Below, in pieces: positions 55,607-61,076 of a stretch of 61,076 bases of DNA. The notes under the pieces were generated by a model that was not told where the DNA came from, did not search any database, and saw only the letters and a program-made list of their open reading frames with translations. Both the position numbers and the translations under genes were made by a program. Positions within the stretch are counted from its first letter, which is position 1; the number at the start of each line of letters is the position of its first letter. The DNA comes from Patescibacteria group bacterium (GTDB lineage: Bacteria; Patescibacteriota; Minisyncoccia; GWC2-36-17; M10-OD1-4): the NCBI GenBank assembly GCA_038061695.1, contig JBBTYT010000005.1:1-61076 (forward strand). The letters run 5' to 3'.

Positions 55607-56734
55607 ATGTCTAATACTGAAAATTTGTTAAAAATAATTTGTCTTCAAGAAAATATTAAAAGTGGTCTTGCTATCTCTGAAAGAATATCTAGTAAAAACT
55701 CATCTTTACCGATTTTAGCTAATACACTTCTAAAAGCAGAAAAAGGATTTTTAAAAATATCCTCAACAGATCTTGAAATTGGTGTTGAAATATTAATACC
55801 ATGTAAAGTTGAGGGAAATGGAAGTTTAATTATACCTACTAAATTAGTCTTAAATTTTATAAATAATTTACCAAACACAAAAATTTACATAGAAGAACAA
55901 GATGGGAAGCTTTTAATAAGCGCAGATAATTTTAAAACAAGTATACCAATATTAAATAAAGATGAATTTCCAATAATACCAAAAATAAAAGACGGTTCGG
56001 AGGTGATTATTAATTCTCAGATATTAAAAAATGCAATAGGGTGTGTTTTAAATTCTGTTTCTTTATCAGATTTAAAACCAGAAATATCAGGTATTTTATT
56101 TGATTTTAAAAAAGAATCTTTGAATATTGTTGCTACTGATGGGTTTAGATTATCAGAAAAAGTGATTTTAAATAAGAATATATATCAATTAGATGATAAT
56201 AAAAGTTTTATATTACCTCAAAAATCAGCTCAAGAGTTGGTTAAGATTATAGATTCAAATAATGATATTAAGATTATTATAGGAGAAAATCAAGTGGCAT
56301 TTTTGTTTGATAAGATAAATTTAATATCAAGAATTATAAATGGAGAATATCCAAATTATAAACAAATAATACCAAAAACAAATAAGACAAGGATATCTTT
56401 AAATAAGGAAGAGTTTGTTTTAAAATTAAAGCTGGCAAGTATATTTTCATCAAATATTAACGATATTAAATTTTTAATTAATGTTGATAGTGGAGAATTT
56501 AATATAAAATCACAAGATAAAATTAAGGGTGAGTTAAATTCTAGTATTGATTTTGATGACTTAAGCGGTGAGAGTGTAGAAGTTGTCTTTAATTGGAGGT
56601 ATTTATTAGATGGTTTATCTAATATTAATAATGATAAAGTTGTTTTTGAATTAAATAGTCATACCTCCTCAGCTTTATTAAAAGCAAAAGATGATGATCA
56701 TTATTTATATATTATAATGCCTATTAAACAATAA
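55607..56734 (+). CDS. dnaN: DNA polymerase III beta sliding clamp
   Basis: 375 aa with a three-domain repeat pattern (LPILANTLLKAE...FKTSIPILNKDEFP...ATDGFRLSEK...GEYPNYKQIIP). Confidence 0.95.
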   Translation: MSNTENLLKIICLQENIKSGLAISERISSKNSSLPILANTLLKAEKGFLKISSTDLEIGVEILIPCKVEGNGSLIIPTKLVLNFINNLPNTKIYIEEQDGKLLISADNFKTSIPILNKDEFPIIPKIKDGSEVIINSQILKNAIGCVLNSVSLSDLKPEISGILFDFKKESLNIVATDGFRLSEKVILNKNIYQLDDNKSFILPQKSAQELVKIIDSNNDIKIIIGENQVAFLFDKINLISRIINGEYPNYKQIIPKTNKTRISLNKEEFVLKLKLASIFSSNINDIKFLINVDSGEFNIKSQDKIKGELNSSIDFDDLSGESVEVVFNWRYLLDGLSNINNDKVVFELNSHTSSALLKAKDDDHYLYIIMPIKQ

Positions 56735-56762
56735 TATAATCTAATTAAATGTGTAATCATCA

Positions 56763-57044
56763 ATGTTTACTTCTATAAAATCAATTCTATTAAATAAAAC
56801 CAAAAGATTAGGTATAAAAAATCAAGTTAAGGTTATTGATGATTGTAGGAGAATAGAGTGTGTTATAAATGGAAAAATTAATCAAAACTTTAAGATTAAA
56901 GTTTTAAAATACAAAAACAATACAGTATATATTAAAACAAATAATTTTCAATTATCTAATGAAATAAAATTAATAGAATTCTCTATTAAAAATGATCTTA
57001 AAAAATATAATATAAGCATCAAGGAAATAAAGTATGTTGTCTGA
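56763..57044 (+). CDS. DUF721-domain protein (DciA-like candidate helicase-loader family)
   Basis: Small size and position after dnaN. The KVLKYKNNTVYIKTNNFQLSNEIKLIEFSIKNDL pattern resembles DUF721 (L.v.v.s..w..EL......i...l). Confidence 0.55.
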   Translation: MFTSIKSILLNKTKRLGIKNQVKVIDDCRRIECVINGKINQNFKIKVLKYKNNTVYIKTNNFQLSNEIKLIEFSIKNDLKKYNISIKEIKYVV

Positions 57045-59514
57045 TGATTTTTATAAATTCTGAGCTTGAGTTTTGATATTCATCATAAGCTTTCACAGAA
57101 ATGATATTCTCTCCATAATTAGCATCTAACAAGTCTATTTGTGCTTTGTATGGAGGATAAAAATCGGAAGATAAGAAAGAGTCGTTTATGTAAAAATTAA
57201 CTTCCTTTATTTTAAATTTTGATTCTATGTCCGCAATAATATTCGTGTAGTTTGTTTCGGAATTTGGGTCAGATATATTTTTTATTGTTATTTTTGGTTC
57301 ATTTTCTTTTGTGTGTATGTCATCGTATTCTATAGGGGGATATTCATTAAGGTATAAAAATCCTGGATTTGTCTTTATCCATCCAATAACTCCATCTTCC
57401 CAATTTTTATATTGAGGATCATTTTCTGGATTTTTAGGATACTCTCCTAAAATATCATTTTTATCTATGTAATGAAGAATGTTATGGGTTTTTTTGTAAA
57501 TTTTTTCTATAATCATACTTTGGGGGGTTAGCTCTGTAATTAGTTTTTCAGATGCTTTATCTATTTTAACCTTCATTTTATTCATATAACCGCCATTTAG
57601 AATCTCTTTCTCTCTTATTAATGGTTTCGGCGCATCAAAATTTCCAAAAACAATTATATCAGAAAGGCTTTTAATGAATTTATTGAAGATTGGCCCCGCA
57701 ACTGTGGCACTGCTATTTTTCATTGAGCTATTATCGTTATTTCCGACCCACACAGCGACAGAAACGTTAGTTGTGTAACCAACTATCCAAGCATCTTTAA
57801 ACTCTTGTGTGGTGCCTGATTTGGCGGCCACAGCTATATTCGGAAAAGTGAGGTAGTTGTTTTGTCCGAATATCGGCGCCCGCAAATCATTATTTGATAA
57901 TATATTTGTTATTGTTTTTGCTATATTTTCATCCAATATCCTTTTTGATGATTCACTCCATTTTTCCAGGATTTTCCCCTTAGAATCCTCAATTTTTAAT
58001 ATAGAAGCAATAGGATTTCCAATTCCATTATTTGAGAAGACAGAATAAGCAGATGCCATTTCAATCGGCTTTACTTCGGCTCCGCCAAGAGCTAATGATA
58101 GTCCGATTCTACTTCTATTGTTAATTGTTGTTATGCCCATTTTTCTGACAAGAGCTAATGTGTCATCTATCCCGGCTATATAAAGAGCTTTTACAGCAGG
58201 AATATTTAATGATTGAGCTAGCGCTGATTTTAATGAAACAGGCCCTCTAAACTTACCATCGTAATTTCCAGGCTTATAAGACTCTTTTTGGTCAATTGAT
58301 GTTGAAAATTCTGTCTCGGAATCAAAAAACATTGTTTCTGGTGTAAATCCTTTTTCAAGTAATTTTGCATAAGTAAATGGCTTAAATGCAGAGCCAGGCT
58401 GTCTTGTCGCTGTGGTGACATTGAAGTTTCCATTATTTTTTAAATCAAAATAATCTTTAGATCCAACCATAGTTAAAATTTGTCCAGTTTTGGAGTCAAG
58501 CGCTATGATTGCCACATTTGATGCGCCATATTTTTTTAAATGATCATCTATTCCAAATAGAGAGTCTTCAGCTAATTTTTGAGCATTATAATCTAATGTA
58601 GTGTAGACTTTAAGTCCAGCTTTTTGAATATACTCATAACCATATTTTTCTTCCAGATATTCTTTTATATAGGCAACAAAATGAGGAGCTTTAATTCCTT
58701 TAGATTCTTGCGAAAAAGTAAGAGTCTCATTTTTAGCTGAGTTTATATTATTTTCATCCGCATAGCCGAGTTTATACATTCTATCTAAAACATAATCTTT
58801 TCTTATCAGTAGGTTATCTAAATGTTTGCCATAAGGAGAGTAATAGCTGGGAGCTTTTGGAAGAGATGCTAATAAAGCTGACTCTGCCAAGGATAATTCA
58901 GAAGCTTTTTTATTAAAGAATGTCTGAGATGCTGATTCTATTCCATAAGAATTTGAGCCATAAGGTATCTGGTTTAAATATAATGTTAATATTTCATCTT
59001 TTGTGTGTGTTCTTTCAATTTGCACTGAAAGCAGAGCTTCTTTTAATTTTCTTGTTATCGTTTTTTCAGATGTTAAAAATGAATTTTTTACCAGTTGTTG
59101 TGTTATTGTTGATCCGCCTTGAAGATCATCCGGATGAAGTATGTCATTTATTAAAGCTCTAAGGATAGCTTTAAAATCTACGCCTTTATGAATGTAAAAT
59201 TCGTCATCTTCGGCCGCCAAGGTGGCATCTTTTAGGTATTGAGAAATTTGTTCAGATGCAACAACCGTTCTTTTTTCTTCACCATGAATATCGTATAAAA
59301 GAATATCACCGGTTCTGTCGTAGATTTTCGTAGATTCAATAGTATTTTTATTTGAGATTGCAGTCGGGTCAGGCAGATTATTAGATATTTTAAAAAATAC
59401 TATAATGGCGATAGGTATTAATATCGCAATAAATATTAAACTTGTTTTAAATAGAAATTTAAAAACGGTCATTTTTTTTCGTTGTTTGTATTTGTAATTT
59501 TTTTTGCTTGGCAT
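57019..59514 (-). CDS. class A penicillin-binding protein (PBP1A: glycosyltransferase + transpeptidase) with an extra C-terminal domain
   Basis: GT51 motifs (AAEDDEFYIHKGVD, GGSTITQQLVKN, RKLKE), TPase motifs SAFKP, SLN and KSGTT, and an N-terminal TM. Confidence 0.93.
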   Translation of the reverse strand: MPSKKNYKYKQRKKMTVFKFLFKTSLIFIAILIPIAIIVFFKISNNLPDPTAISNKNTIESTKIYDRTGDILLYDIHGEEKRTVVASEQISQYLKDATLAAEDDEFYIHKGVDFKAILRALINDILHPDDLQGGSTITQQLVKNSFLTSEKTITRKLKEALLSVQIERTHTKDEILTLYLNQIPYGSNSYGIESASQTFFNKKASELSLAESALLASLPKAPSYYSPYGKHLDNLLIRKDYVLDRMYKLGYADENNINSAKNETLTFSQESKGIKAPHFVAYIKEYLEEKYGYEYIQKAGLKVYTTLDYNAQKLAEDSLFGIDDHLKKYGASNVAIIALDSKTGQILTMVGSKDYFDLKNNGNFNVTTATRQPGSAFKPFTYAKLLEKGFTPETMFFDSETEFSTSIDQKESYKPGNYDGKFRGPVSLKSALAQSLNIPAVKALYIAGIDDTLALVRKMGITTINNRSRIGLSLALGGAEVKPIEMASAYSVFSNNGIGNPIASILKIEDSKGKILEKWSESSKRILDENIAKTITNILSNNDLRAPIFGQNNYLTFPNIAVAAKSGTTQEFKDAWIVGYTTNVSVAVWVGNNDNSSMKNSSATVAGPIFNKFIKSLSDIIVFGNFDAPKPLIREKEILNGGYMNKMKVKIDKASEKLITELTPQSMIIEKIYKKTHNILHYIDKNDILGEYPKNPENDPQYKNWEDGVIGWIKTNPGFLYLNEYPPIEYDDIHTKENEPKITIKNISDPNSETNYTNIIADIESKFKIKEVNFYINDSFLSSDFYPPYKAQIDLLDANYGENIISVKAYDEYQNSSSEFIKIIRQHTLFP

Positions 59515-59653
59515 TTTAATTTTGAGAAGTGATTTTATACTTCCAATGCTTTTTTTAAAAATAAGAACCCATTATTGAGATCGGTTTTATTGTAAGATTT
59601 AATTTAACAACAAGATTTTATATTTATAACATATTTTTTTAAAAAATCAAGAG

Positions 59654-59681
59654 TTGACATATGGATAATAATTGATAAAAT
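59654..59681 (+). promoter_or_regulatory. near-consensus sigma70-type promoter
   Basis: TTGACA (59654-59659), 16-nt spacer, TAAAAT (59676-59681), about 40 nt upstream of the acidic micro-ORF. Confidence 0.45.
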
Positions 59682-59722
59682 TGTCAAAGAAAATATTATT
59701 AATAATTTTTTTATTAAATTAT

Positions 59723-59851
59723 ATGATCGAAAAAGATGATGATTTAGGATTTGCTGTAGAAGCGGAGGACGAGTTGGTTGTTAGCGAGGAGTGGGATGAT
59801 TTAGACGATGAAAGTCTAAGTGAGGTTGAGCTTGATAAGGAGGATTTCTAG
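59723..59851 (+). CDS. possible 42-aa highly acidic micro-protein
   Basis: My manual translation is MIEKDDDLGFAVEAEDELVVSEEWDDLDDESLSEVELDKEDF. About half the residues are Asp/Glu. No SD. It is below the ORF-track cutoff. Confidence 0.3.
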   Translation: MIEKDDDLGFAVEAEDELVVSEEWDDLDDESLSEVELDKEDF

Positions 59852-59853
59852 CG

Positions 59854-60336
59854 CTATTTTATCAGTATTTCGCTTGTATTTGCCGTACATATAGCAATTG
59901 CGAGGGCATCAGCAGCATCGTCCTGTTTAGGGATTTCAGTAAGCTTTAAAATGGTTTTAACCATCGCCTGAATTTGTTTTTTATCAGCTCTGCCGTAGCA
60001 AGCTACGGCACGCTTAACTTGGAGAGGTGTAAATTCTAAAATTTTTAAATTGTACTTTTGACATGTAAAAAGCAGTACGCCTCTTGCTTGAGCCACACGT
60101 ATAGCTGTTTTTCTGTTTTTAGAAAAGAATAACTCTTCAATACCCACAATATCAGGCTTATATTTTTCTAAAACAATAGAGAGTCTTTCATTTATTTCCA
60201 AGAGTTTCTCAGATGGTTTTTTGACAGGATTTATAATTATAGATTCATGGTGAATATGTTCTAGTTTGAAGCCTTCTTTTATTATAATTCCAATCCCAAC
60301 AATCGTCTCACCAGGATCAATTCCTAAGACCACCAT
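59854..60336 (-). CDS. ruvC: crossover junction endodeoxyribonuclease RuvC
   Basis: VLGIDPGETIVGIGII...VGIEELFFSKN...ADKKQIQAMV...DDAADALAIAIC. Confidence 0.93.
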   Translation of the reverse strand: MVVLGIDPGETIVGIGIIIKEGFKLEHIHHESIIINPVKKPSEKLLEINERLSIVLEKYKPDIVGIEELFFSKNRKTAIRVAQARGVLLFTCQKYNLKILEFTPLQVKRAVACYGRADKKQIQAMVKTILKLTEIPKQDDAADALAIAICTANTSEILIK

Positions 60337-60548
60337 AGTTTTTAATATTAATATGTAGGATTATTTACCTGTCATTATTTTATATTTTAGCTTTTTATTT
60401 AAAATAAGACAAATTAAAATTATTTTTTTTGATAGTTATAGTTTAGTAAGTCTTGCGTTAACTTAAAGTAAGGTGATATAATATATTTATTGATTTAATA
60501 TTGATGTATAATATTAGATATTAATTTATCTATAATATAAGTTTATTT

Positions 60549-61076
60549 ATGAAAAAAATTATTTTTGTAATACTCGTTGTTGTTGTTGGCGGAGCGATAT
60601 TTTTTATTTTTAATCAAAATCAGAAAAATACAAAACAGGAAAATATTCGCACATATAAAATAGGTCTTATTTATCAAGGAGATTCTTTTGAAAGTGTAGT
60701 AAATGGATTTAAGGAGGAGTTAGATTTAATTGCTAAATCTGTGAGCGGGCGTGTTATAGAGTATGTTGCCAAGAGAGTGGAGAGCAGTAATCAAGTTGAT
60801 TTTGATATCGCGGCAAAGGATCTTGTGGATCAAAAAGTTGATCTTATTTTTGCTACCTCAGTTGAGCCAATAGTTGCGGCAAAGAAAGCTACTGAAGTAA
60901 ATAAGATTCCTGTGGTGCTTGCTCTTGGCGGTAATCCGGTCTCCATCGGTCTTGTTGAGAGTACTCAAAAGCCAGGAAATAATTTGACTGGTATGACATG
61001 GTTAGCGTGGGAGCTCTCTGGAAAGCGTCTTGAGTTATTGCTTAAGATAGATCCGCGAATAAAAAGAATAATAGTA
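60549..61076 (+). CDS. ABC transporter substrate-binding protein (ABC_sub_bind-like), 5' partial, runs off the window
   Basis: My manual translation is MKKIIFVILVVVVGGAIFF...YKIGLIYQGDSFESVVNGFKEEL...VDLIFATSVEPIVAAKKAT...IPVVLALGGNPVSIGLVES. The frame stays open to the window end. Confidence 0.7.
   Translation, partial: MKKIIFVILVVVVGGAIFFIFNQNQKNTKQENIRTYKIGLIYQGDSFESVVNGFKEELDLIAKSVSGRVIEYVAKRVESSNQVDFDIAAKDLVDQKVDLIFATSVEPIVAAKKATEVNKIPVVLALGGNPVSIGLVESTQKPGNNLTGMTWLAWELSGKRLELLLKIDPRIKRIIV

Noticed and set aside
1-61076. Alternative genetic code (UGA as Gly or Trp, as in some CPR lineages and Mollicutes)
   Set aside because: TGA sits exactly at the natural C-termini of pyrH (9647-9649) and the M23 peptidase (27053-27055). 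All conserved genes are full length under the standard code.

Overview
Low-GC (about 30% by eye) bacterial chromosome segment. Gene content and style fit a small-genome Patescibacteria/CPR (Parcubacteria-like) organism; that placement is inference. The standard genetic code applies, because TGA terminates pyrH and the M23 peptidase gene at their natural C-termini.

The backbone is housekeeping. It includes the replication-origin neighbourhood (rpmH-rnpA-yidD-yidC, then dnaA-dnaN-DUF721), glyQS, hup, rny, pyrH, xerC-like, clpP, tig, ppa, nusA, cca, rpsO, pnp, comM, pcrA/uvrD, rsmA, PBP1A, ruvC and two tRNAs.

Accessory content:
1. A roughly 15 kb co-directional operon (about 33.0-47.9 kb) encodes a minimal monoderm-type T4SS-like apparatus: VirB4 ATPase, VirB6/TrbL-like channel protein, PrgI/VirB3-like protein and a VirB2-like pilin. 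It also carries a 1689-aa doubly anchored surface giant and several secreted repeat proteins. No coupling protein, relaxase or VirB11 is present in the window.
2. Two compositionally foreign islets sit directly 3' of tRNA genes. One follows tRNA-Gly and carries a DUF218 gene plus a kinase-fold gene with a non-canonical active site. The other follows tRNA-Arg and carries a roughly 55-60% GC orphan gene, a hairpin-dense GC-rich non-coding tail and one more orphan ORF. Neither has an integrase.
3. A class II Fic gene is preceded by three copies of an operator-like repeat.
4. A surface-glycan block has two O-antigen-ligase paralogs and a flippase.

I found no rRNA, CRISPR array or transposase.
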